NCBI GenBank assembly: GCA_002269645.1
Contig: NIVC01002065.1
Span: 62,001-126,000 of the forward strand
Direction: 5' to 3'
DNA from: Macrostomum lignano
Lineage: Eukaryota
Length of the DNA: 64,000 nucleotides
In this document: positions 1 through 11,320 of the stretch, in pieces
How the letters are laid out: each line of letters starts with the position of its first letter
Numbering within the stretch: position 1 is the stretch's first letter
Notes under the pieces: model-generated
The model's input: only the letters and a program-made list of their open reading frames with translations
Database searches by the model: none
What the model was told of the DNA's origin: nothing
Made by a program: the position numbers and the translations under genes

Positions 1-120
1 ATGTTCGAGCCAAGTGCGCTGAAAACATTGAAGGAGAGACTCAGTGAATGACGTGAAAGCGGCAATTGCACTGGCTTCATAAAATAAACTGTTTATTGCA
101 GAATCGGAACGAACAGAATT

Positions 121-3100
121 TCACTTTCGCTTGGGCAACAGGCAGCTGCTGGCGCATGGATCGCTGTCGCAGTCGGCCGCGTGCTGCTGCTGCTGCTGCT
201 GCGACATGGGCTGCATCGGCTGGCCCCCTGAGCACGGCACCAAGTAGCCGTCGTCATCGTCGCACTGTTCACCCGCCGGTGGATCGCGGAGCTCCAGCTC
301 CAGCAGCGCTCGCTTCTCCACCGGATCCGTGATGTACGCGTTGGCGGAATCGCCGTTGTTTCCGACGTCCGCGTCCGCGGCTACGACGGCGGCGGCCATA
401 GTTGTCTCCGTCTCGCCTTCGCCGTCGCCGTCGCCATCACCATCACTTTCGTTGACGCTGGCGGCTGCCGTGGCTCCTCCAGCCTCTCTGGTGCCGGCGG
501 CATTGTAAGCGATGTACTTCTCGGGAGCCTTCAGACAGTCCTTCATGGTGTCCGTCAGGTCCGAGAAGGAGGGCCGCGACTCCGGGAACGGCAGCCAGCA
601 GCTCAGCAGGATGTTATAGAAGTCCACGCTGCAGACGTCGGGCTGGCCGAGCCGGATGCCCTTGCGCAGCAGGCCCAGCATGTCCTCTGCGCTGCGGATG
701 CCGTATTGGCAGTAGGGCGACTCGCCGAAGGTGCAGACCTCCCACAGCAGCACGCCGTAGCTCCACACGTCCGACTGGTGGCTGAACAGGCCGGACTCGA
801 TGCACTCGAGCCCGAGCCACTTCATGGGCAGCAGGCCGCCACGGCTGGCGAAATCGCGCTCGCTGATGTTCAACAGGCGGGCCAGGCCGAAGTCCGTTAT
901 GCGCACCTGGAGTGCGATTTTGGGCGGGTGGCGGGTTGTAGTTTGGGGTAGACGGTGGGTGTGCTTTGGGGTAGATAGTGGGTGTACATTGGGGCAGATG
1001 GTGGATGTACATTGGGGCAGATGGTGGGTGTACATTGGGTTAGATGATGGGTGTACATTGGGGTAGATGGTGGGTGTACATTGGGTTAGATGATGGGTGT
1101 ACATTGGGGTAGATGTGGGTGTACATTGGGGTAGATGGTGAGTGTACATTGGGTTAGATGATGGGTGTACATTGGGGTAGATGGTGGGTGTACATTGGGG
1201 TAGATGGTGGGTGTACATTGGGGTAGATGTGGGTGTACATTGGGGTAGATGGTGGGTGTACATTGGGGTAGATGGTGGGTGTACATTGGGGTAGATGTGG
1301 GTGTACATTGGGGTAGATGGTGGGTGTACATTGGGTTAGATGATGGGTGTACATTGGGGTAGATGGTGGGTGTACATTGGGGTAGATGGTAAGTGTACAT
1401 TGGGTTAGATGATGGGTGTACATTGGGGTAGATGGTGGGTGTACATTGGGGTAGATGTGGGTGTACATTGGGGTAGATGGTGGGTGTACATTGGGTTAGA
1501 TGATGGGTGTACATTGGGGTAGATGGTGGGTGTACACTGGGGTAGATGGTGGGTGTACACTGGGGTAGATGGTGGGTGTACATTGGGGTAGATGGTGGGT
1601 GTACATTGAAGCAGTTGGTGGGTGTACATTGGGGCAGATGATGGTGTGTTGATTGTGGTGGGTACATAGGGGCGGGTTTGAGTGTACATAGGTGTGTAAG
1701 AGAATTGCTCACAGGTAAAAATGGTTATTAAGATAATTATTAGTCACGAGAGCACGCATGACTTACCTGATCTGGCGTCTGCAGCAGGACATTCCTAGCA
1801 GCCAGGTCTCTGTGCACAATGCCCTCCGACTGCAGGTACGCCATGCCTTCGGCCACCTGAAGCGCCCAGTGCAGCATTCTGTTGGCGCCAATCCGGCGGC
1901 GCCTTTCGCGCACAAAATCCAGCAGGCAGCCGCGCGGCATCAGCGCCGTGATGAGCTGCGGCTCCTGGCGGCGGCATGGTTGGGGGGGGGCTTGAGAATC
2001 AAATCAACTCATCCGAATTCTTCAACTGCAACGCGGGTTCGAATCTGTGCGTAGCTGCTTTAGTTTGAGGCTTCTGCTCGGAAACTGGCCTGGGGCTTGT
2101 CGTGAGATTCTCCCCCACGAGGGTCAACACCCTAAGGCACAGAGAGTCTACATGACTGACGATGAGGGCTGCTGTACACCTTGTGTGAGCGTGTGCCTTC
2201 ATACAGTATCCGTTTGGAAAGGTCAATTAACAACGCACCTGGGTGAGGCACAGCGCCACCAGTCGGATGCAGCACGGGTGTCGAACCCGGGCCAGCACGC
2301 CGGCCTCTTTGAGCAGCTCCTGGCCCAGCTTGGGACTACGGCCGCGCAACACCTTAACTGCCACGGGCAACTCGCGGCCGTGCGAGCGCAGCATGCCCTG
2401 TAATTGGGTGAAGAGGGTGGGACTGTTTGTACATTCATGTATTCAAATAAACTCGACCGATTTCTCTATCCCCAGTGTACACTCAGTCCCGAACGACTTC
2501 TCTATCCCCAGTGTACACTCAGTTCCGACCGATTTCTCTATCCCCTACACTTAGTTCTGACCGATTTCTCTATCCCCAGTGTACACTCAGTTCCGACCGA
2601 TTTCTCTATCCCCAGTGTACACTTAGTTCTGACCGATTTCTCTATCCCCAGTGTACACTCAGTTCCGACCGATTTCTATCCCCAGTGTACACTCAGTTCC
2701 GACCGATTTCTCTATCCCCAGTGTACACTTAGTTCTGACCGATTTCTCTATCCCCAGTGTACACTCAGTCCCGACCGATTTCTCTAAATCCAGTGTACAC
2801 TCAGTCCCGACCGATTTCTCTATCCCCAGTGTACACTCAGTTCCGACCGATTTCTCTATCCCCAGTGTACCCTCAGTACCTATTGTTCTCTATTATGCAC
2901 TTTAAAACCCTTGATAAATAATAATATACAGCTATTGCCCTCGTTTTAGTAAAAACAATAGCTGGTAGTGCAACTACGAGTATCGATATATTTCCTTTCG
3001 CTGCTAGGCTGGCACGGGGCGCTGCAGCTCATAAACAATAATTGTGAGTTATGAGTGTAGTTTGTGCTCTCTATCTCGAATCTGTTTCTCCGCTGTTATA

Positions 3101-6100
3101 TGGCCAGCCGCTTGGCTAAGCAATAAATCAACGAATCGTCACCTTCTCGCGACGTACATATGCAATTAGTCACTTTATTGTGCTACGTACGTATCGAGGT
3201 CATAGACTGATTTTCACCTTATCCAAACCCAAAATCGCTATCGCGTCAGGATGCAGTACTCTCGGCTCAAGGGCTCTCATCCAAGATCATAATCTTAACT
3301 CCGTCACGTGTTTATTCTGTCACGTCTATGTGAAATACGAGTACGCATTGCATCATAAAGCTGCTAAATCGTTAGTTGGTGTCTATAATATATTGTATAT
3401 TGTATATATTGGTAATATATGATCTATGGTGTCTATCAATCAAGCACATCTAAGATTATCTAGTCATGTCTAACTAACTAATTCACTAAGTTAATACTCT
3501 GCCATTCTGTAATTATGCCACAATGTCGCTATGTCACTCTTGTCACTCTTGTCACTCTTGTCACTCTTGTCACTCTGTCACTCCGTCACTCTGTCACTCT
3601 GTCACTATGCCACTCTGTCACTCTCTCACTCTGTCACTTTTGTCACTCTTGTCACTCCTGTCACTCCTGTCACTTTTATCACTCTTGTCACTCTTGTCAC
3701 TCTCGTCACTCTTGTCACTCTCGTCACTCTCGTCACTCTTGTCACTCTTGTCACTCTCGGTCTTGCGTTTGCCAACTCACCTTGAAGACAGTACCAAAGG
3801 CGCCGGTGCCAATCACCCGCTGCTTTGACACGTCGTCGTCGTTAACGATGAGCAGCTTGACCATGTCACTCGGATTGCTGGCATCGCGAAGGTACTCGTC
3901 CAGGTCTACGGCCTCGTAGCGGGTGATGCGCCTGCGATAGTACAGCACAGCCAGGGGCAGCGAGGCCGTCAGCAGCAGCAGCAGCCCGACACCGAGGCAG
4001 ATTCCGACCGCCACCATCACAGAGTAGCACCGACCGTTCGAGTCCGGCCGGTGGCCGCGGCTGCACTCGGACACGCAGACGCCGCTCTCGTTGAACCGGC
4101 GGCAGCTGACGCAGTCGGCCGGGCCAGGGCCGCTGCACCCGAAGCCGATTTTGCACTCGGCGTGGCAGGCGGCGCCGCAGGCTGTGGCGTTCCAGGCAAA
4201 CCGGTGCGCCTCTTTACAATCGGCGTAGCAGCTGTCGTTGACGCGGTAGCGAAGGCAGGCGACGCAGAGCCGACGTCCGGGGCCCCAGCAGCCGCCGGCA
4301 CACTGAGGATGACAGGCGGCCTTCACGCACTCGGCGCTGGTGTTGTCGAAACTGACATTTATTTCGGAGATTTCGAACCTGCAGGAATGGGGCAGTGCGA
4401 TTCGGATTCAATATGACTACAATTTTGATGAGCGCCGTCGGGCGCTGACCAAGGGCTTTAGCACCAAAGGGGTGCCAGCACCAAGGGGCGCCAGCAACAA
4501 GGGGCGCCAGCACCAAGGGGCGCCAGCACCAAGGGGCGCCAGCACCAAGGGGCGCCAGCACCAAGGGGCGCCAGCACCAAGGGGCGCCAGCACCAAGGGG
4601 CGCCAGCACCAAGGGGCGCCAGCACCAAGGGGCGCCAGCACCAAGGGGCGCCAGCACCAAGGGGCGCCAGCACCAAGGGGCGCCAGCACCAAGGGGCGCC
4701 AGCACCAAGGGGCGCCAGCACCAAGGGGCGCCAGCACCAAGGGGCGTCAGCAACATGGGGCACCGTGTGCTCTTTTTTTCTAAGCCATACATGGTCTTCT
4801 GTCCCACCTTTTTTGTCCTTTAATGTGCTGCTTGATTGATCAGCTCGAACTCATAATGTCTGACCCCTTTTTAGCTCAAAGGGTAAAATTCTGCTCAATT
4901 TGCAGTTTGCCTATATGATATAGTAAAATTATAAATCCAATAAATTTTACAATATTTTACAGGCTGCAACAATCGCTTCTGGCTTCTGGCCAATCAACCC
5001 ATTGAATTAGCATCTTCATCCTGCTCTATCAACTCCAGACTGTCCCAGACTCGAAATTATTTAAAAAGAATTGAACATAGGTCTGAAAATTGCAGGAAAA
5101 CCTGAAAGGCCCAAAATCTAGTGCGTGTTGCGTAGCGAGTGAAGAGAAAGGGGGTGGCACCCCAGCCCCCAGCTAAGCCGATTTGCTTTCCTCTTGGCCC
5201 GCTTGTGCCTAACTTTGACCTCTCTCCTTACTGCTCTCTCATTGGCTGAGCCAGTCTGGGCCAGACCCCTAAACTGAGTTTCTTTCGTCCGTCTAACTTT
5301 GACCTCTCTCCTTACTGCTCTCTCATTGGCTGAGCCAGTCTTTCTGCCCCCTACATCGAGTTATTTCTTACCCCGGACCACAAAAACCAGAGGAAGGAAA
5401 AGAAACTTTTGCTGCCACATTGAATTTAAATGACACTGTGCAGACATACTACTGAACAAAGAGTAGACGCTCCACTTTTTCACAAACGTACGCTCGTATT
5501 GTGCGATACATCTAGTTATTATGCTAGTATTAATGCTCGTACAATTAAATCTACTTTAGGCTCACTATGAGGGGTCAATTTAAGCGTTTGGCTTTTTAAT
5601 ACGTTCTGAACAAAATGCATCAGAAGCGCTGACCTTTCCCGCAGCTTGTTGATTCGCTCTGCCGGGTACCAGGCCTGGCACAGGCCGCTCACCCGGAACA
5701 GCGTCACAGCTTTGGCGCTCTGCAACGACGCCAGGCCCAGGTAAGGAGTGTTTGTCATCATGAGGCCCAGGTTGCCCGATACAAAGGTGAGGTTGGTCAG
5801 GAAGTCCAGGCTGCCCTTGACTCTCTTCACCACAAAGTTACCGTACAGGTAGCGCAGCTGACCGAGAACTTGCAGGCTTGCGTTGCTGAGCCTCTGAGGG
5901 TCGACGTCCAGCATCGGCTGCAGCTCGGAGGCCTGCCAGACGGGACAGCCGTCAGCCCGCAGGCGGTCAGCCTCGGCGTCCGTAAAGATCGCCGCCGACA
6001 GACGGCAGGCGCGGCAGTCGGCTGCTCGCTCGCAGGGCCGGCAGATTCCGTTGACTGGCAATTCGCCGCGTCGCCGATCGTCTCCGGGCACCTGGACCGG

Positions 6101-7150
6101 ACACTCGGACAGGCAGAACCGGCTGTCCGAGCTCTCTTGGAAGCCGGGCGGGCAGGTCCGGACGCAGATGTTGCCAACCTGCAGGGTGCTGTCGTTGCGG
6201 CTCACGATGACGCCCTTGCCCGGGTCGTAGTCCGTCGGGCAGGCGTTTTCGCACTTGCCATCGCGGCTGACGTCTCGGCAGGAGAAGCAGGCGCTGCGTC
6301 CACGCGAGCTGCAGCCGCCGAGGCAGTAGCTGTCGCAGCAGGCCTCCCTGCCAGCATCCTGGAAGCAGGAGCCGCAGCCGCTGTGGTCGCTGCTGCACCG
6401 ACTGGAGCTCTGACAGCCGTTGAGCCCGGCAGACCAGCAGATGCGCTGGCCTCTGTCAACGTCCAGTTTGTAGCTTCCGTGGCAGTTCAGCTGCGGATCG
6501 CCCGACATACAGGCATCGGACGTGTTCAACCGGACCTCAGAGCTGTAGTTCCCCAATGGAGCCACCGCGGTGACGCGGTCCTGCAGTCTCTGGCTGGCCG
6601 ATTTAAACAGCTCGTTCCAGGCGACGCTGCGGGTCAGGTGACAGTAGAGAATCTCGTGCAGCTCGCCGCTGAGCAGCACAGAGCCCTGCAGGATGGCGCC
6701 GAGGCTGGGCAGCTGCAGCTGCATGGGATAGGGCGACTGGCGAATCTCCAGCGGGTAGTAGGGCGACTCGCCCAACTGGTTGTAGCCGCGGATAGCCCTG
6801 AGACTGGCCAGGCGGAGCACGCGAAGGTTGACGCGGAACACGAGCAGGCGGCCGCTGATCTCCTCGATGGAGTCCAGGAAGTCGGTGCTCATGTTGCGCA
6901 CCTCCGTGTCCAGCAGCGGTGCCTCGTTCATGAGGTTCACGCCGATGTTCTTGATGGTGAGGTCGCCGTGTATGTACTGGCAGTTGCTGACCCGAGCTTT
7001 GAGCTCTCTGTACAGCCTGCCAGTGTTTCTATGCTGCTCAAAGTTGCCCTGTGTGAGCTCGATAGACTTGCATATCTTCAGGTCCGTAGCTCTGGCTGGC
7101 AGAATCAACAGGAGCAGCAGCAGTGGCGTCATCGCATTGGCCAGTAGCAT
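121..7150 (-). CDS. EGFR: EGFR/ErbB-family receptor tyrosine kinase, 5 coding exons (7150-5634, 4378-3781, 2397-2239, 1964-1767, 906-121), about 1085 aa
   Basis: Signal peptide (MLLANAMTPLLLLLLILPARA), L1-furin-like Cys-rich-L2-Cys-rich ectodomain, TM helix, kinase motifs GTGAFGTV, VAVK, HRDLAARN, DFG, SDVWSYGV. All four introns are GT-AG and phase-consistent (2,0,0,0); summed exons 3258 nt. Confidence 0.93.
955..1700. repeat. Minisatellite, about 23-bp unit (gggtgtacattggggtagatggt), in EGFR intron 4
   Basis: Directly visible tandem array; generates the spurious YTHHLPQCTP ORFs. Confidence 0.95.
2030..2210 (+). mobile_element. SINE-like dispersed repeat (B-box-like GGTTCGAATC plus 3' motif GCTGTACACCYTGTGTGAGCGTG)
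   Basis: About 120 bp aligns by eye with 30125-30250; the 3' motif recurs at 47347-47372 and inverted at 13759-13778. Confidence 0.55.
2455..2875. repeat. Minisatellite, about 34-bp unit, in EGFR intron 2
   Basis: Tandem ccgatttctctatccccagtgtacactcagtt units. Confidence 0.95.
3525..3757. repeat. 9-bp minisatellite (tgtcactct) in EGFR intron 2
   Basis: Directly visible. Confidence 0.95.
4465..4760. repeat. 16-bp GC-rich minisatellite (accaaggggcgccagc) in EGFR intron 1
   Basis: Directly visible. Confidence 0.95.
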
Positions 7151-7604
7151 TGTCCCAGCTTGTGTGGCATCGGTGCTGCGGGCGGCTGTAAGTTTCGTGA
7201 CTGTGTGTTTAAAAAAATAAATTTTCAACTGCACTGCCCCTGACTTATTGAAGGCTGGCGGAAAAATTTGGCTTGCATTTAAAAGCGTGCGCTTTATCTA
7301 GCCTGGAAGCCTGTTCGGAAATACTTACTGCACTGCCTGGCGGGCGAGTACAGCTTGGAGCCAATGAGCGAGTACTTGGTCAGCGCCAACCCCTCCTGTG
7401 CCCTTCCTGTGTGCGGTTGAAGGCCGCGCTCACACAGCCAGTGAAAATATACACTGCTGTTCATTTAGCACGGGCGCCCGGGGGTTTAGGGAGGGGGGCT
7501 GGGGACCCTGCGGTTCGCCCCCCCGCGGAGTGTGCGTGCACAGTGGAAATGACGCAGCTTAAAAAAATAACAATATCCTCTTTACTAGATCAAGAATAGT
7601 CCCC

Positions 7605-7975
7605 AGCTGACTCTCTAGCAATCTCTGTCCGACTCTCAAGCAATCTCTGTCTGACTCTCAAGCAATCTCTGTCTGACTCTCAAGCAATCTCTGTCTGACT
7701 CTCAAGCAATCTCTGTCTGACTCTCAAGCAATCTCTGTCTGACTCTCAAGCAATCTCTGTCTGACTCTCAAGCAATCTCTGTCTGACTCTCAAGCAATCT
7801 CTGTCTGACTCTCAAGCAATCTCTGTCTGACTCTCAAGCTATCTCTGTCTGACTCTCAAGCAATCTCTGTCTGACTCTCTAGCAATCTCTGTCTGACTCT
7901 CAAGCAATCTCTGTCTGACTCTCAAGCAATCTCTGTCTGACTCTCAAGCAATCTCTGTCTGACTCTCTAGCTATC
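7605..7975. repeat. 22-bp minisatellite (tctgactctcaagcaatctctg)
   Basis: Directly visible. Confidence 0.95.
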
Positions 7976-8451
7976 TCTACATGACTCTCTTTCTAGTAGT
8001 GCCTTCCTGCCTCAAAAACTTTTTCGATCTTTTTCCTGCCCGCCCTGTTCCTTACCTGACTGTATCGGCCTCCTCATCTTCAGACTGGAGTGACTGGCAG
8101 TCATTTCGCTCCCCTCTAAGTGTATTCACCCGTCCTGTCCTCAGACCCCTTTCGCAGTGGTTCCACCGTTAGGCAAAGTTTTTCCCGGTCACTGGCTGTA
8201 AATGCCAATTGGCCTCATTTTATCCCTGTCAGCCAGATTTGTGCGGCAGCTGTCAACATGGCCGGCTTGGGACTTTAACTGGGACAGCAGTCAGCATGCA
8301 GGCTGAAGTCTTCAGGCTGCGCTCAGTGCGGATCGGTTTTGATTTCCAACAGTTTATCTTGCCGCAGATTTTACCGCTATCTGATGCATAAAATCCCTCA
8401 GTACTGATGCACTGAACCTTTTACTTTTACGATACTGTGGAGAGGTACATG

Positions 8452-8667
<216 letters not shown>

Positions 8668-9134
8668 TTACAGTGAACTCTGTCCGCCCAATTTGCCAGT
8701 AAAACGCAGGAAATCAGAGCTACATGGCAGCCCGAATTTCACTCAGCTAAGCATGATAAGCATAAGGCTGCTATGAGCTTCCGGCCAAACGGCAGTGCAA
8801 AAATGATGCTGGGCGCCTCATCTCGCTAAGCCCGAGTGCGTATTTTGTTTGAATTTCGAGGCGTTACCGCCAGTGCAGATGCACAAATATGGAAGGCATT
8901 TGGCACAGTCAGTTTCGCAGCAGTGCCAGCACCCACTCATACTTGCCTAGCAGTTGCCGCTTGGATGTATTTTAGCACTGGCAGGCTAAAGGATTAACTA
9001 TTCGTATTGTTTGTTTACCTGCCCAGCAAAGTTTAAACATTTAGCCTTGAATCTGTGCAATGAAATTTGCTTAAATTCACTCGCTAAAAGATGGTGGGGT
9101 TGATATTGCTTTTCATGATCATTCTTCCAGTCTG

Positions 9135-9425
9135 TGTGAGGCAATGAGTGACCCACAGTCAGTCAGTCAGTATGAGGCAATGAGTGACCCACAGTCAGTC
9201 AGTCAGTATGAGGCAATGAGTGACCCACAGTCAGTCAGTCAGTATGAGGCAATGAGTGACCCACAGTCAGTCAGTATGAGGCATTGAGTGACCCACAGTC
9301 AGTCAGTATGAGGCAATGAGTGACCCACAGTCAGTCAGTATGAGGCAATGAGTGACCCACAGTCAGTCAGTATGAGGCAATGAGTGACCCACAGTCAGTC
9401 AGTATGGGGCAATGAGTGACCCACA
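9135..9425. repeat. 33-37-bp minisatellite with internal (cagt)n
   Basis: Directly visible. Confidence 0.9.
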
Positions 9426-9906
9426 GTCCAACAATACTAGCTTACATTAGCCTGTCTGTCTGTCTGCCTGTCTGTCTATAAAATCTGCAACACGTATATA
9501 ATAGTTCATTTATGACTGCCGTTTCACGGCTTCCAATTAACCAAGCCAGACCAACCATAACGCTTCTAAATACTGCTTATCACACGAAACGAAACATCTG
9601 GCCCATATCGTTACACTCCGATCATGACAGGCCTGGGAACTTTTCTAGGACTTTTTTCTGATGTTTTTCTTCTCTCCAAGTTCTTTTCTAGGTTCTGTGC
9701 GTTTAGGCAAGACAGACGGAGACCAGGATTTCGCCTGCACATGCAGAGCCTCGCTTTTAATGTTTTTTTATTTTTTTGGAGGAAAATATCTCAGCAACCC
9801 TACTTGTAAGTAGAAATAAACGAAGTTTAACAATTCTGGAATAAAATTGAAATAGGAATAAAACGGAGTGTATACAATCGGAAATAGGCGTGCAAGGGTC
9901 ACGTGA

Positions 9907-10377
9907 CTAATGCCGGACTGGCAGGCAGCGGCTGGCGGTCACCGGCACCCACTGGTAGGCGAATTCGCCCAGACAGGGCCCGAGAAATACTTCAGCCAGT
10001 TGGCGCCGCGGCTCGGGCACCTCCCGGCACCGCCGCGGATCCTCGCAGGCCTCCGTGACGTAGCAGGCCTTCGAAACGGTGCCGCCGCGGCACCGGCGAC
10101 CTTCGATTTGGTGTACGGACACTCGCTTGCAGCCGCTGACTTCGTGAATCTCGGCTGATGAACTTGTCGTCGAGTTGTTGAGTGGCATCGGCGAGGGCGC
10201 CTTGCTGTGGAGGTGGACGCGACCGGCGAGGCGGTCATCGCAGCCGACCAGGGAGGGCAGCGGCAGAGGGCAGCCGTTGGGCAGCAGGGAGCGATGAGCC
10301 CGAAGCGATGATGAAGCCAAGGGCAGCTGGGCCAGCTGCAGGAGCAGCAGAAGCAGAGCCAGGCAGTACCGATGCAT
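9907..10377 (-). CDS. Single-exon secreted Cys-rich protein, 156 aa, divergent cystine-knot (glycoprotein hormone/DAN-like) candidate
   Basis: ATG at 10377, clear signal peptide (MHRYCLALLLLLLQLAQLPLASS), GC-rich coding style, C-terminal Cys spacing GC-x11-C-x9-C-x5-C...C...C...C reminiscent of GPB5/GPA2. Confidence 0.7.
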   Translation of the reverse strand: MHRYCLALLLLLLQLAQLPLASSSLRAHRSLLPNGCPLPLPSLVGCDDRLAGRVHLHSKAPSPMPLNNSTTSSSAEIHEVSGCKRVSVHQIEGRRCRGGTVSKACYVTEACEDPRRCREVPEPRRQLAEVFLGPCLGEFAYQWVPVTASRCLPVRH

Positions 10378-10964
10378 GATTAACTCTTGCTTTGCAAACT
10401 TGCAATGCTCGAAATGAATCCAAAATGCGGCCTCTTCGGCCCATCTATTTATGACCTTCAAGTCGGCTCGGTCGCGGGAATCCCGGCTATTTTTAGCTCC
10501 AGCGCCGCCGCGGGTCGGGAGGGAATTCCCGAGCATAGGCGAAAACTGAAATTGTCATATACTGTAGCTGCGGCCCGTGTTGCCTAATTTAGGTGAAGTT
10601 GCTTCTCTTTGAGTCTATTCTTAGACTAGGCGTTCGAGAAACCGCCTTCAAGGTCTGAGCTTATTGTTGCTAGTTAATGGTAGCTAGGTAGTACCTAGCC
10701 AGTCAATGAGCTCAGCCCGTGCGTCATCGCGCATCTACGCAAGCGCCGCGTAGGCCAGAATGAATCATGGATCGATTTAGCGACTGCGTTGCTGAGAAGT
10801 CGGCTCTGAGCTGTTTCTTCAAAAATAGCAATGCCGTTTTCTTGATTTGCTATTTTGCTTTCTTGCGATCAAGGTAAAATGTGTATTTCAATAGAAGTTC
10901 ATCCACTGTGCTATAACATTGGGCACAGTTGACACCTAGTCACGGATCACTAAGTACCTAGTTA

Positions 10965-11065
10965 CTGGTGCTATCTGGTCACTGGTATCTGGTCACCGGT
11001 ATCTGGTCACTGGTATATGGTCACTAGTATCTGGTCACTGGTATCTGGTCACTAGTATCTGGTGA
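10965..11065. repeat. 14-bp minisatellite (tatctggtcactgg)
   Basis: Directly visible. Confidence 0.85.
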
Positions 11066-11320
11066 CACATTTAATCCATCGAGTTCAACTTCTGAGACGA
11101 GGAAGCTGCTATTCATAAGCAGTTATTCTCAAAAATACGTTGGGGCAACGAAAGGGGGAGTTGCAATGCTTAAGCGCCAGTCTCTCTATGGCCAAAGCTC
11201 ATTAATCTGAGTATAGAAGATTAAACTGGGAGAAGCTTTATTCTGACTTCCGATTTCCAGATCAATAATTGAGTACATCAACTATTAAGCGCTCAAGCCA
11301 GGTGTCTCCATCCCTCGGCC

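Noticed and set aside
5870-7147. 425-aa plus-strand ORF and similar antisense ORFs over TTLL, spondin and SLC16 exons
   Set aside because: Shadow ORFs caused by high GC3 on the opposite, clearly homologous strand.
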